A stretch of DNA of 64,000 nucleotides from Candidatus Bathyarchaeota archaeon (GTDB lineage: Archaea > Thermoproteota > Bathyarchaeia > Bathyarchaeales > Bathycorpusculaceae): NCBI GenBank assembly GCA_963715865.1, contig OY970280.1:128001-192000 (forward strand). Reading direction: 5' to 3'. A model generated the notes under the pieces. The model had not been told where the DNA came from. It did not search any database and worked only from the letters and a program-made list of their open reading frames with translations. Numbering within the stretch: position 1 is the first letter of the stretch; each line of letters begins with the position of its first letter. The position numbers and the translations under genes are program-made. Positions 40,475 to 50,488 of the stretch are shown piece by piece.

Positions 40475-40834
40475 TTGAGTCACTGCAAAGAGTTGAAAAG
40501 TATTCTTGCAAGAGTAGCGTCTTGGGAGTTCAAACCTGACCAGAGAAAGAGCGGTTTTGAGTTGTTAGAAAATTCTGTTTTAGAACTTGTTCAGGGAACG
40601 GAAGGTTTCAGAGGAAGCTTTATTTTGCTCTCACGCGACGATGCGAATTTAGACATCATTTGGAAGAGCGAAAAGTTGGAAAAGTCTTTTGCCGATGGAG
40701 TTTCCAAAATAGCTACCCAAAAACTTGCACCGTTCGTAACAGATCCACCAAAAGCCGCGCATCACATGAACTCAAACAATAATCGCAGCCAAATGCGTTT
40801 GACCGAAGACCATAAGCTGCTTTGCGAAAACTAA
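40475..40834 (+). pseudogene. Degenerate antibiotic-biosynthesis-monooxygenase-like remnant
   Basis: ARVASWEFKP..EGFRGS..IIWKS pattern, apparently missing segments. Confidence 0.35.
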
Positions 40835-40880
40835 TTATCGGTGAGTGCAGCATTTCCTCCTAAAGAGGAGTTGCATTTTT

Positions 40881-42653
40881 ATGTCTGTTAAAGATCCTGT
40901 TTGTGGAATGCCTTTAGACCCATCTAAAACTCAGTTTACCACGAATTTTTTGTCTAGGCAATATTATTTTGACAGCGAGTACTGCATGAGCAGCTTCATT
41001 GAAGGCGCCAAAATTGCTTACTTCTCCATGGAAATCGGCATAAACACTGACATGCCTACCTACAGCGGAGGACTAGGCGTTCTGGCCGGTGACGTGATTA
41101 GATCAAGTGCAGATTTGAGAATTCCGTTAGTTGCAGTGACCTTAATCAGCAAGAAAGGTTATCTCAAGCAAAAAATAACGCCTGATGGATGGCAAATTGA
41201 ATATCCTGAAGTATGGGATCCCTCGAAGTTCATGAAACTATTGCCAGAAACTGCGACCATCAAAATTGCTGGACGAGATGTCAGAATCGGCGTCTGGGTC
41301 TATGAGCAAGAGAGCCTAACGGGCGGAACCATTCCTGTGCTATTCCTTACAACCGATGTTGAAGGGAACACCCAAGAGGATAGGGAAATTACTGATTTTC
41401 TTTACGGCGGCGACGAAAAATACAGATTAAAGCAAGAAATAGTCTTGGGAATAGGCGGCTTACGCGTCCTTGAGGCGTTAAAAATTAATGTTAAGAAATA
41501 TCACATGAACGAAGGTCATTCCAGTCTCCTTACCCTTGAGCTGTTAAAGAACAACGATTTGGACGCTGACAGAGTAAAAAACCGGTGTGTTTTCACTACC
41601 CACACTCCGGTTGCTGCTGCGTTTGACAAATTCTCATACGACCTGCTTTCGGAAGTTCTTGAAACCGAAGTTCCCGAGGAAGTCTTGAAAGAGTTTGGCG
41701 GATCTGACAGATTGAACATGACGCTTCTTGCTCTGAACCTGAGCAAGTACACTAATGGTGTGACCGACGCGCATATGGAATACTCCAGGAAACTTTTTCC
41801 AGGATATCACATACAAGAAATAACTAACGGCGTTCATTCCTACACCTGGACATGCGCATACTTTAGGAAACTATTCGACAAGTATATTCCCCGGTGGGCC
41901 AATGAACCTGAGCTTCTCGTAAGAGTTGACACCATTCCCGATGAGGAGTTATGGGAAGCCCACGTGAAAGCGAAGCAAGATTTACTCGACTTTGTTCACA
42001 CTCGCTCGGGGCTCCAGATGGATATCGACGTTTTAACGTTAGGCTTTGCCAGAAGAGCCACAGAGTACAAACGAGCTACAATGATCTTTTCAGATCTGGA
42101 AAAACTTAAAGAAGTTAAGAGCCAGGACAAGATTCAACTTATTTTCGCTGGAAAGGCGCATCCAAAGGACGAGATGGGAAAAAGCCTCATCAAAGACATT
42201 TACGAGTTTATTGATCGTTTGAAAGGTGAAATCGAAATTGTGTATCTTGAAAATTACAATATGGAAATGGCTGGAAAATTGACTTCGGGCGTTGATGTTT
42301 GGTTGAATACGCCCTTGCCGCCGTATGAGGCTTCTGGAACAAGCGGGATGAAGGCGGCGCACAATGGTGTAGTCAACTTTAGCGTTTTAGATGGGTGGTG
42401 GATAGAGGGCTGCGTGGAAGGTCTCACGGGTTGGGCTATAGGTCCGTCGCCTAATCAATGGCTTAATGAACAAGAAACAAGAAAAAGAGAACTAGCTGAT
42501 CTCTACAATAAGCTGGAGTACCTCATTATCCCAAAATTTTATCAACAAAGGGATAGCTGGATAGGTATGATGAGAAACTCTATAGGAAAAATCGCATATT
42601 ACTTCAATACGCATCGCATGATGCGAAGATACACAACGGACGCCTATCTCTGA
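40881..42653 (+). CDS. glgP: Alpha-glucan phosphorylase with N-terminal YHS domain
   Basis: KDPVCGM..YYFDSEYC, then YFSMEIG, YSGGLG.LAGD, HMNEGH, FTTHTP and PLP-lysine EASGTSGMK. Confidence 0.9.
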   Translation: MSVKDPVCGMPLDPSKTQFTTNFLSRQYYFDSEYCMSSFIEGAKIAYFSMEIGINTDMPTYSGGLGVLAGDVIRSSADLRIPLVAVTLISKKGYLKQKITPDGWQIEYPEVWDPSKFMKLLPETATIKIAGRDVRIGVWVYEQESLTGGTIPVLFLTTDVEGNTQEDREITDFLYGGDEKYRLKQEIVLGIGGLRVLEALKINVKKYHMNEGHSSLLTLELLKNNDLDADRVKNRCVFTTHTPVAAAFDKFSYDLLSEVLETEVPEEVLKEFGGSDRLNMTLLALNLSKYTNGVTDAHMEYSRKLFPGYHIQEITNGVHSYTWTCAYFRKLFDKYIPRWANEPELLVRVDTIPDEELWEAHVKAKQDLLDFVHTRSGLQMDIDVLTLGFARRATEYKRATMIFSDLEKLKEVKSQDKIQLIFAGKAHPKDEMGKSLIKDIYEFIDRLKGEIEIVYLENYNMEMAGKLTSGVDVWLNTPLPPYEASGTSGMKAAHNGVVNFSVLDGWWIEGCVEGLTGWAIGPSPNQWLNEQETRKRELADLYNKLEYLIIPKFYQQRDSWIGMMRNSIGKIAYYFNTHRMMRRYTTDAYL

Positions 42654-42705
42654 CACAGCCTTGAAGAATAAAGGGTTCCTGAATTTGTGAGAAGCGGACT
42701 AAGGC

Positions 42706-45153
42706 ATGGACCAAAATTCTTTAACTACAGAAGAGGCAAAAAAAGCCGATATTGATGAATTACTAAAGAAGCTAGCAGCGAATCAGAAGGGTCTTTCTTC
42801 CTCAGAAGCGGAAGAACGACTTCAGCAATACGGCCCTAATGAAATTCAGGAGAAAAAAGTTAACCCGCTACTTAAGTTTCTTCGCTATTTTTGGGGTCCA
42901 ATTCCATGGATGATTGAGGCAGCAGTGATAATGTCCGCGGTCATCCAACGATGGCCTGATTTTGCAATAATCTTAACTCTACTAATGGTAAACGCCATAG
43001 TAGGGTCCTGGCAGGAACACAAAGCAGGAAACGCCATAGAACTGCTAAAGCAAAGACTAGCCCTAAAAGCGCGAGTTCTGCGAGACGGCAAATGGCAGGA
43101 AATGCCTGCTGGGGGACTTGTGCCAGGCGACATTGTTCGACTGCGTTTAGGAGACATCATTCCCGCTGACGTAAAACTAATTGACGGAGACTACCTCTTA
43201 ACTGACGAATCCGCGCTAACCGGCGAATCTCTACCTGTAGAGAAACATCTCTCCGACATAGGGTATGCAAGCTCTATCGTCAAACAAGGCGAAATGAATG
43301 CACTCGTCGTCAACACCGCCGCCAGAACCTTTTTCGGCAAAACCGCCAAACTCGTAGAGCAAGCCCAAACCCCAAGTCACTTCCAAAAAGCCATCGGCAA
43401 AATAGGCGATTACCTGATTTTCCTAGCGATAGGACTCGTAATAGTAATCGTTCTAGTATCGATTTTTCGCGGTCAAAACGTCTTAGACATCATTCAGTTT
43501 GCATTGATCTTAACTGTTGCAGGTATACCTGCAGCACTTCCCGCGGTCCTGTCAGTCACTATGGCCATAGGCGCCATAGCCCTAGCAAAAAAGGAAGCCA
43601 TAGTTAGCAAATTAGTTGCAATTGAAGAAATGGCAAGCATGGATGTGCTGTGCTCAGACAAAACTGGCACTATCACCAAAAATGCGCTCACTATGGGAGG
43701 AACCAAACCTTATGCCAAATTCTCAGAAAATGACGTACTACTGTTCAGCGCGCTCGCTTCAAGAGAAGAAGACCAAGATCCCATCGACAAAGCAATTTTA
43801 ACCAAAACCAAAAGCACACCCGCTATTGCCGCTAAAATTGAACATATCAAAGTAACCAGTTTTAAACCCTTCGATCCGGTCGTAAAAAGAACAGAGGCAA
43901 CAGTACAAGGAGAAGATGGAAGCCAGTTTAAAGTAACTAAAGGAGCCCCTCAAGCGATTCTGGTCCTTGTCGAAGACAAGAAAACAATCAACGATAAATT
44001 GACAGAAGATGTTAATGAATTCGCTAAAAAAGGGTACCGTGCGCTGGGAGTGGCTCGAACTAATAAGGAGAACAAGTGGCAATTTGCGGGTTTAATCGCT
44101 TTGTTTGATCCGCCAAGGGAAGATTCAGCCCAAACAATAAAGACCGCTCAATCGATGGGTGTCAGCGTGAAAATGGTCACCGGTGACCACATAGCTATTG
44201 CCAAAGAAATTTCGAGCCAGGTAAACCTTGGAAACGATATTGTATTGCCCGCTGCTTTTTTGGATAGGCCTGACAGTCAGGCTCAACGCGTGGTTGAAGA
44301 GGCTGAAGGTTTTGCGGAAGTCTTCCCTGAGCATAAGTACCGCATTGTTGAGCTTCTCCAAGAAAAAGGGCATGTTGTGGGAATGACGGGAGATGGGGTT
44401 AATGATGCGCCTGCTTTGAAGAAAGCTAACGCTGGTATTGCTGTTGAGGGTGCGACCGACGCTGCAAAGTCTGCAGCGGATTTAGTTCTGACCAAGCCTG
44501 GTCTTTCTGTTATTATCGATGCGATTAAGGAGAGTCGCAAGATTTTCCAGCGAATGACGAATTACTGCACGTACCGCATCGCTGAAACAATAAGGGTGCT
44601 GCTTTTCATGACTGCATCAATCGTCATTTTCCAGTTTTACCCTGTTACTGCTTTGATGCTTGTTTTGTTGGCGCTTCTAAATGACCTGCCGATTATGACT
44701 ATAGCATATGACAACGTGAAATACTCGGATAAACCTGAGAAATGGGACATGCGGACTTTGTTGGGAATAGCGACGTTTCTTGGGGTAATCGGGGTTTTCT
44801 CGTCCTTTGGAATTCTCTATATAGGACTGAATGTGTTGAAGTTAAACCCGCTAGTGCTCCAATCTTTCATATACCTCAAACTTTCAGTCGCAGGGCACTT
44901 GACTGTGTTTGTCGCAAGGACTAAAGGTCACTTTTGGTCAGTAAAACCTGCAAAGCCTCTTCTCTTTGCAGTCATAGCTACTCAACTTACCGCTACAATA
45001 ATTACTGTATACGGCATTCTGCTTCCCGCAATGGGCTGGGGACTAGCCGCTCTCGTGTGGGGTTATGCTCTGTCACTTTTCGTAATAACAGACTTTGCAA
45101 AAGTGCGCCTATACAAACTACTAAACCACACAGGTATTGTATTCCATAGGTGA
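42706..45153 (+). CDS. Plasma-membrane-type H+-transporting P-type ATPase (P3A)
   Basis: PIPWMIE, LTGES, IPAALPAV, CSDKTGT, KGAPQ, TGDGVNDAPALK and LNDLPIMTIAYD. Confidence 0.92.
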   Translation: MDQNSLTTEEAKKADIDELLKKLAANQKGLSSSEAEERLQQYGPNEIQEKKVNPLLKFLRYFWGPIPWMIEAAVIMSAVIQRWPDFAIILTLLMVNAIVGSWQEHKAGNAIELLKQRLALKARVLRDGKWQEMPAGGLVPGDIVRLRLGDIIPADVKLIDGDYLLTDESALTGESLPVEKHLSDIGYASSIVKQGEMNALVVNTAARTFFGKTAKLVEQAQTPSHFQKAIGKIGDYLIFLAIGLVIVIVLVSIFRGQNVLDIIQFALILTVAGIPAALPAVLSVTMAIGAIALAKKEAIVSKLVAIEEMASMDVLCSDKTGTITKNALTMGGTKPYAKFSENDVLLFSALASREEDQDPIDKAILTKTKSTPAIAAKIEHIKVTSFKPFDPVVKRTEATVQGEDGSQFKVTKGAPQAILVLVEDKKTINDKLTEDVNEFAKKGYRALGVARTNKENKWQFAGLIALFDPPREDSAQTIKTAQSMGVSVKMVTGDHIAIAKEISSQVNLGNDIVLPAAFLDRPDSQAQRVVEEAEGFAEVFPEHKYRIVELLQEKGHVVGMTGDGVNDAPALKKANAGIAVEGATDAAKSAADLVLTKPGLSVIIDAIKESRKIFQRMTNYCTYRIAETIRVLLFMTASIVIFQFYPVTALMLVLLALLNDLPIMTIAYDNVKYSDKPEKWDMRTLLGIATFLGVIGVFSSFGILYIGLNVLKLNPLVLQSFIYLKLSVAGHLTVFVARTKGHFWSVKPAKPLLFAVIATQLTATIITVYGILLPAMGWGLAALVWGYALSLFVITDFAKVRLYKLLNHTGIVFHR

Positions 45154-45209
45154 TGCGGCTCATTCCAGGCAGGCAGTCCAATAGCTTGCGTTAAAAATAA
45201 GGTGGAAAA

Positions 45210-45350
45210 TTAAGGATCATGTGGTTCCGATGCTCTCAGCGCGCTGCCTTGTCCCGATATCATGTGTTGAAGTAGGTTGGTGAGACTGCTTTGTCTCTTC
45301 TTCCAATGTTCTATGCGCGCATAGTTGTTCCAAACCACGGCACGAAACAT
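45210..45350 (-). CDS. 46-aa hypothetical ORF (MFRAVVWNNY..)
   Basis: GAGGT RBS before the ATG; no recognised motif. Confidence 0.3.
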   Translation of the reverse strand: MFRAVVWNNYARIEHWKKRQSSLTNLLQHMISGQGSALRASEPHDP

Positions 45351-45436
45351 TTACCTCTTTTTCTGAGAGCCACTATTGAATTCTTCGATTCAAACCTGAG
45401 AGATAGCGTTTGCTGGGCCATCAATGCGGAATTGGA

Positions 45437-46766
45437 CTAACATTTGCCGTTAACGCTGTTTATCAGTTTGGTCATTTCCCTCTTGAGTTCGTCGAGTCTT
45501 TTCTGATCTCTTGCTTCTATCGATAAACGAAGCATTGGGGACGTGTTTGATGCTCTAACAAGTGCCCATGAATCTGGAAAAATGATTTTAACGCCGTCGA
45601 TGGTATTTGTGTTTTCGTATGTCTCTATTGCTTTTTCCTTTATCCTGTTTATAACCTGAAACTTCGTTTCATCAGAGCACTCAATCTCGAATCTTTTAAA
45701 AAGTCTTGTCGGCAATTTTTTTACAACTTTTGACAATTTCTGTCCTAACCTTGAGACTATTTCGGTCATGTATATGCTGTTTATGATTGCATCGTCGAAC
45801 CAGAAGAATTTTGGAACGCATATGTGCCCAGATTTTTCAACACCTAAGACCGCATTGTGTTTCTTGGTCTCCTGCACCAAAAACGTGTGCCCAACCGGTA
45901 TCCGAAACACCTTTTCCCCATATCTCTTAACCTCATCCTCTATGATATCTGAACATTCTATGTTAGCGACGACAGGGCCCCTCTGAGTTTTCATTATATC
46001 CCTAAGGAAAATGATTGCACTTTGCTCGGTCATGATGACTTTGCCTGTGTCATCAACGAAAATGGCTCTGTCACCATCGCCGTCAAACGCTATTCCGAGA
46101 TCTGCTTTCTCTGTCACAACCTTCTTGCAGAGAGCGGTCAAGGCTTCCGGTTTAGGTTCAGGGTCTCTGTTCGAGAACGTTGGGTCGGGCCAATCAAAAA
46201 GGAAAGCGGCTTTGACACCGATTTTCTCGAGTATCTTCGGAACCAGTAGGCATGCGGCTCCGTTTCCGAAGTCAACGACCACGCTTATTCTCTCTGGTTT
46301 TATTCTTTCAGCCACGAAATTAGCGTATTCTGTGTCCATTCCCTCAAGCTTCTTTGATGATCCGATGCCTGTTTTGAAATTTCCTGAGGAGCTGATCTCC
46401 CCCAGTTTTTTGTTCTCGTCTTCAAAGAAGCCGACTCCGTCTTGATGGAAGAATTTGACGCCGTTCCACTCCGCTGGCAGATGAGAAGCGGTTACGTAGG
46501 CAGTTGCATCGTTTCTCATTTTCCAGGTTGTAAAGACGCAGAGACTAGGCAGGACAGGTTCCGACGAGAATGGCGTTTGACCCTGTCTTTTTCAATCCTG
46601 AAACGAATGCTTCCTCAAGTTGGGTTCCATGCTCTCTGAAGTCTCTTCCAATTGTGAATGTGCCGGGGCAACAAGTTCCGGCTGCTTCACCGATTCTCGT
46701 CATAATCTCTTCGTTTAAGTCTTTACCATAAACGCCTCGTATGTCGTAAGCTCTAAAGATGCTCAT
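45437..46766 (-). CDS. Phosphoglucomutase/phosphomannomutase (one +1 frameshift at ~46550)
   Basis: FRAYDIRG, VTASH, AFDGDGDR, GVEKSGH and VRASNT; ORFs 46545-46766 and 45437-46519 join. Confidence 0.88.
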
Positions 46767-47029
46767 CTTCTATCACAACGCTTCTATTTGTACAAATATG
46801 ACCCTCTCTATTAAAGACCCTTTACTCATTAGTTATGCTTTCACGCACGTTTCCTGGACAAATCTTTCAGAAGCAACGAAAAGAAACTTGGCACACGTAT
46901 CTGAAGGATAAACTAAAATACCTAATCACTTAATTTCTAGTTAGTCCAGACCTCACAGGATAGATGTGCGCGCACCTGTTCAATTGGGCTACAGCCTTCG
47001 TCATTTTGATGCTTGGACGAGTATAGGAC

Positions 47030-47345
47030 GAATGATTGAAATGGAAAAATGCGAAACTATCATTCAGAAAGTTGTGGTTTTGGTGCATCAAGGACGGAAG
47101 GGTGATTCAGATTTTATACCCTAAAACAGCATGCTGAAATCCTTGCTAAGGTTCTGGGCAAACCAGTCAAATACGTGGTTGACCTTTTCGAAGAAAAAGC
47201 AAAAGATACAATCAAAGAATTGAAGAGCGGAGAAGCCCTCGTTTTAGAAAATGTTAGAGCGCATGATGCTGAAACTGAAGAAGGAACGCCTGAAGAACAA
47301 ACAAAAAAAGAACCCGTGGGTAATAGCGTCGCGCTAAAAACCTAG
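47030..47345 (+). pseudogene. pgk: Phosphoglycerate kinase N-terminal fragment
   Basis: KVVVLVHQGRKG, HAEILAKVLGKPVKYV and LVLENVR, with a frameshift and truncation. Confidence 0.8.
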
Positions 47346-47348
47346 CCA

Positions 47349-47780
47349 TCACAATGTAATATTGGGGGGGTAGCGGCCCATGGCTTCCAGTATTTCTTCG
47401 GAGATTGTCTTTTTTCCAAGATTTCGCACAAAATCGGCAGCAACGACTATCCCCACTAATCTGTTCTGCTTCAATACAGGAAGTCTTCTAATTTTATTGC
47501 TTGACATTAGCCTAGCTGCCTCCTTAAGCGAAGCATCAGGACCAACTGTAATAAGAGACTTAGACATTACCTCCGAGATCTTGGTGTCCAGCGGCATTTT
47601 CTTCGCCACAACCCTTCGGACAATATCTCTTTCAGTAACTATTCCAATGGGCACTTCACCATCCATGATCACCAAGCAAGCCACTCGGTTAGAGCTCATA
47701 AGCTCTGCCGCTTCAAAAACGCTATTATAAACACAGATTGAAACGACATTTTTTGTCATGATGTCTTTGACTGTCGGCAT
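47349..47780 (-). CDS. Tandem CBS-domain protein (paralog of 38723-39148)
   Basis: VKDIM, GIVTERD and IRRLPV. Confidence 0.92.
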   Translation of the reverse strand: MPTVKDIMTKNVVSICVYNSVFEAAELMSSNRVACLVIMDGEVPIGIVTERDIVRRVVAKKMPLDTKISEVMSKSLITVGPDASLKEAARLMSSNKIRRLPVLKQNRLVGIVVAADFVRNLGKKTISEEILEAMGRYPPNITL

Positions 47781-47839
47781 AATCTCTCCTAAGAAAAACG
47801 CGCCTAAATAAGAATTTCGGAGTCAAATTTATAACTTCA

Positions 47840-48279
47840 GGTAAATGAATGGACAAGGAATCGCTGCACCCAGATTTAGAAAGAGAACTTAAACGTAGAA
47901 GTCAATGGAAAGAGAAAATAGAATTCCGTTCATGAACTTCCAGCAGATTTTCCTATATTTGATATTGGAACAGAAGCGGTTGAGGATTATGCCCAGATAA
48001 TAGGGATCGCGGAGTCAATTGCCGTGAGCGAGGTCAATGGGAGTTTTTGAAAACAGCGAATTCATCTTCGGAACGAAAAGAATTTTTGAAGAAATCGCGA
48101 ATTTGAAAGCCTTTTCCCTAGCCAGAGATGACCACACAACAGCAGCATGGCATTAGCTTAAGCTAGCAGACAAGATTTCCTACGTCAGCACTGGTGGCGG
48201 TGCGTTAACGGAGTTCATGATGGGCAAACAGTTACCTAGTGTTACAGCATTAGAGAAGGCAACTGCCAGAGAAACCTAG
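47840..48279 (+). pseudogene. pgk: Phosphoglycerate kinase C-terminal fragment
   Basis: [22 protein letters not shown] and LP.V.ALE, with stops and a frameshift. Confidence 0.85.
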
Positions 48280-48339
48280 CAATACCATTGTTCACTTTTT
48301 TCTCTGGTTACTCAAATGGAATTGTTTCAAAGTTTTCTC

Positions 48340-49248
48340 CTAATCCGGGAACTCCCTCATCAAGATCTTGATCTGGTCAGCTATTTCTAAAGCTTTTTTG
48401 AGGGGTCGTTGCCAAAGATTTCTTCCAAATACCATGCCCGTTGCTCCGGCTTCTAAAGAGATTCTGACCTTTTCTAAGAGTTCGTCGTCTCCCATTTCTT
48501 CTCCCCCAGATATTAGCGTCATCGTTTTTCCTGCGGACTTTATTACTTTTTCAAGGGCTTCCATTTCGTTAAGTTGGAGCGTGTCGTACGGTTTAGGATA
48601 CTGTCGGATTCTCTGTTTGTCGTATTTGGGAATGTTTATTTTAACCATGTCAGCGCCCAGTTCGTTGGCTACTCGTGCTGCATAGTCAACAGCGTAAAGG
48701 CTATCTTTACCTCCCTTGGCTTCTATCGCCTCGCCCCTTGGATAGGCCCAAACAATAAGGGGCACACCAAACCTTTGGCTATCCTCTCTAATTTTGGCGA
48801 ATTGAATGAAATCTTTATCTTGAGCCGGCGAGCCCACAAACAAAGTATATCCAACGGCGTCAGCGCCCAGTCGGACTGCATCCTCTACTGAGGCGGTTTG
48901 AGGTGAAAAGGCATTAGTATCTGGAGGGATTGATGTTTTTCCATTCAGTTTAAGAATCAAGGGAATTTCGCCAGTGAATTCCTCCATGTATTTTTCAGCC
49001 AGGCCAATGTGAAGGACTATGGCTGAAAAACCTCCTTCTTTTGCCAATCTCAACTGGTAGGCAGGATCAACGCTTTCTGGATTTGCAAAGAAATCTCTCG
49101 GGCCATGCTCCAATCCATGATCAATTGGCAGAATAAGCGCCATTCCGTTACCCACTCCATGCTCATACAAGATTCGATGAAGCCGGGTTCTCTTACCCAA
49201 ACTAAGGTTCAAATCTTTAAGCAAGGGCCTTTTAACTTGAATCACCAT
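48340..49248 (-). CDS. Class I (DhnA/FbaB-type) fructose-bisphosphate aldolase
   Basis: LPIDHGLEHGP, GADAVGYT, WAYPRG, ADMVK and FGRNLWQ. Confidence 0.85.
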   Translation of the reverse strand: MVIQVKRPLLKDLNLSLGKRTRLHRILYEHGVGNGMALILPIDHGLEHGPRDFFANPESVDPAYQLRLAKEGGFSAIVLHIGLAEKYMEEFTGEIPLILKLNGKTSIPPDTNAFSPQTASVEDAVRLGADAVGYTLFVGSPAQDKDFIQFAKIREDSQRFGVPLIVWAYPRGEAIEAKGGKDSLYAVDYAARVANELGADMVKINIPKYDKQRIRQYPKPYDTLQLNEMEALEKVIKSAGKTMTLISGGEEMGDDELLEKVRISLEAGATGMVFGRNLWQRPLKKALEIADQIKILMREFPD

Positions 49249-49404
49249 CTCTACCGACTATATTGTACGCGTCTTTGTGCTATAAATCTGACCCTTTAGT
49301 TCTAAAAAATCGCCTGTATATTGAGATTGAATACAATAGTGTGGATGCTCCAATGTGGTTCATATAGGCAACGAAGTCATACTGGGTGGTCTAAAAAGCC
49401 CGTT

Positions 49405-50367
49405 CTATGTCGCTAATATTTTTGCCAGGTCTAGGATGCTCAAATCTATAGGTTTTTCTGTCTTGCAGGATTCCTCGAGTGCCATGCTCGTTATTTTGCC
49501 ATTCCGCAATACAACCGCCCTGCTTTTTTGTCGTTCACATATTAGTTCAACCGCTTTGTCCGCGAATAGGCAAGCCAGAAGCCTGCTTCTCGCCGATGGG
49601 CTTCCGCCTCTCTGGGTGTAGCCTATAACGCTAAGCCTAACTTCCGCATCCGTGGCTTTCTCGATTTCAGTCGCAAGTTGACGGGTGTCTCCGATTCCTT
49701 CAGCCGCGACAATAATGGCTGACTTTTTTCCTCTTTCTTTAGTTTCTATAATTGTTTTGAAAATTCTTTCATTCTCGTATTTTACCTCTGGAATCAGAAT
49801 CATTTCTGCTCCAACTGTGACTCCCACAGCTAGCGCAAGGAATCCTCTTGTTCGTCCCATGACTTCAACTATGAAGATTCTTTCGAGGGAGACAGCTGTA
49901 TCTCGGATCTTGTCGATTTCGTTTACTGCCGTATTTACTGCGGTGTCAAATCCTATAGTTTCGTCCGTTCCGAAAACGTCGTTGTCGATTGACGCTGGAA
50001 CCCCTATGATTAATGTATCGGTTTTTTTGCGAAGTTCTAGAGCTCCTTGGAAGGAGCCGTTACCACCAATAACAATAAGGCCATCGACATTGTTTAATGC
50101 AAGAGTTTCGGCAGCTTTCTTGATTGCTTCATCCTTTTTGAATTCTGGGCATCTTGACGTATGAAGGATGGTTCCGCCCAAGTGTAATATTCCACCAACG
50201 GAGCGGGGAGTCAACCGTCTAAACGAGTCTGTTAGTAAGCCTTCCCAACCCCTTTCAAAGCCTAAAACTTCGAAGTTTTTTGAGTAGGCAATTCGGACAA
50301 CGCCTCGAATAGCTGCGTTCATGCCTGGCGCGTCTCCGCCACTTGTAACAACGCCTATAATCTTCAA
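49405..50367 (-). CDS. pfkA: PfkA-family 6-phosphofructokinase, bacterial ATP type
   Basis: VTSGGDAPGMNAAIR, GGTIL, GGNGS, SIDND, GFDTA, EVMGR and QRGG. Confidence 0.93.
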   Translation of the reverse strand: MKIIGVVTSGGDAPGMNAAIRGVVRIAYSKNFEVLGFERGWEGLLTDSFRRLTPRSVGGILHLGGTILHTSRCPEFKKDEAIKKAAETLALNNVDGLIVIGGNGSFQGALELRKKTDTLIIGVPASIDNDVFGTDETIGFDTAVNTAVNEIDKIRDTAVSLERIFIVEVMGRTRGFLALAVGVTVGAEMILIPEVKYENERIFKTIIETKERGKKSAIIVAAEGIGDTRQLATEIEKATDAEVRLSVIGYTQRGGSPSARSRLLACLFADKAVELICERQKSRAVVLRNGKITSMALEESCKTEKPIDLSILDLAKILAT

Positions 50368-50488
50368 CCATCATTCCCTCAATTCTACAAAACGCATAGA
50401 AATGTTTTAGCTTTTCTCTTCACCTTTTGAAAAGACGTACTACCTTCGCATGAACTACATGCCTTTCTGCATCATGCTGAACCTCGTT

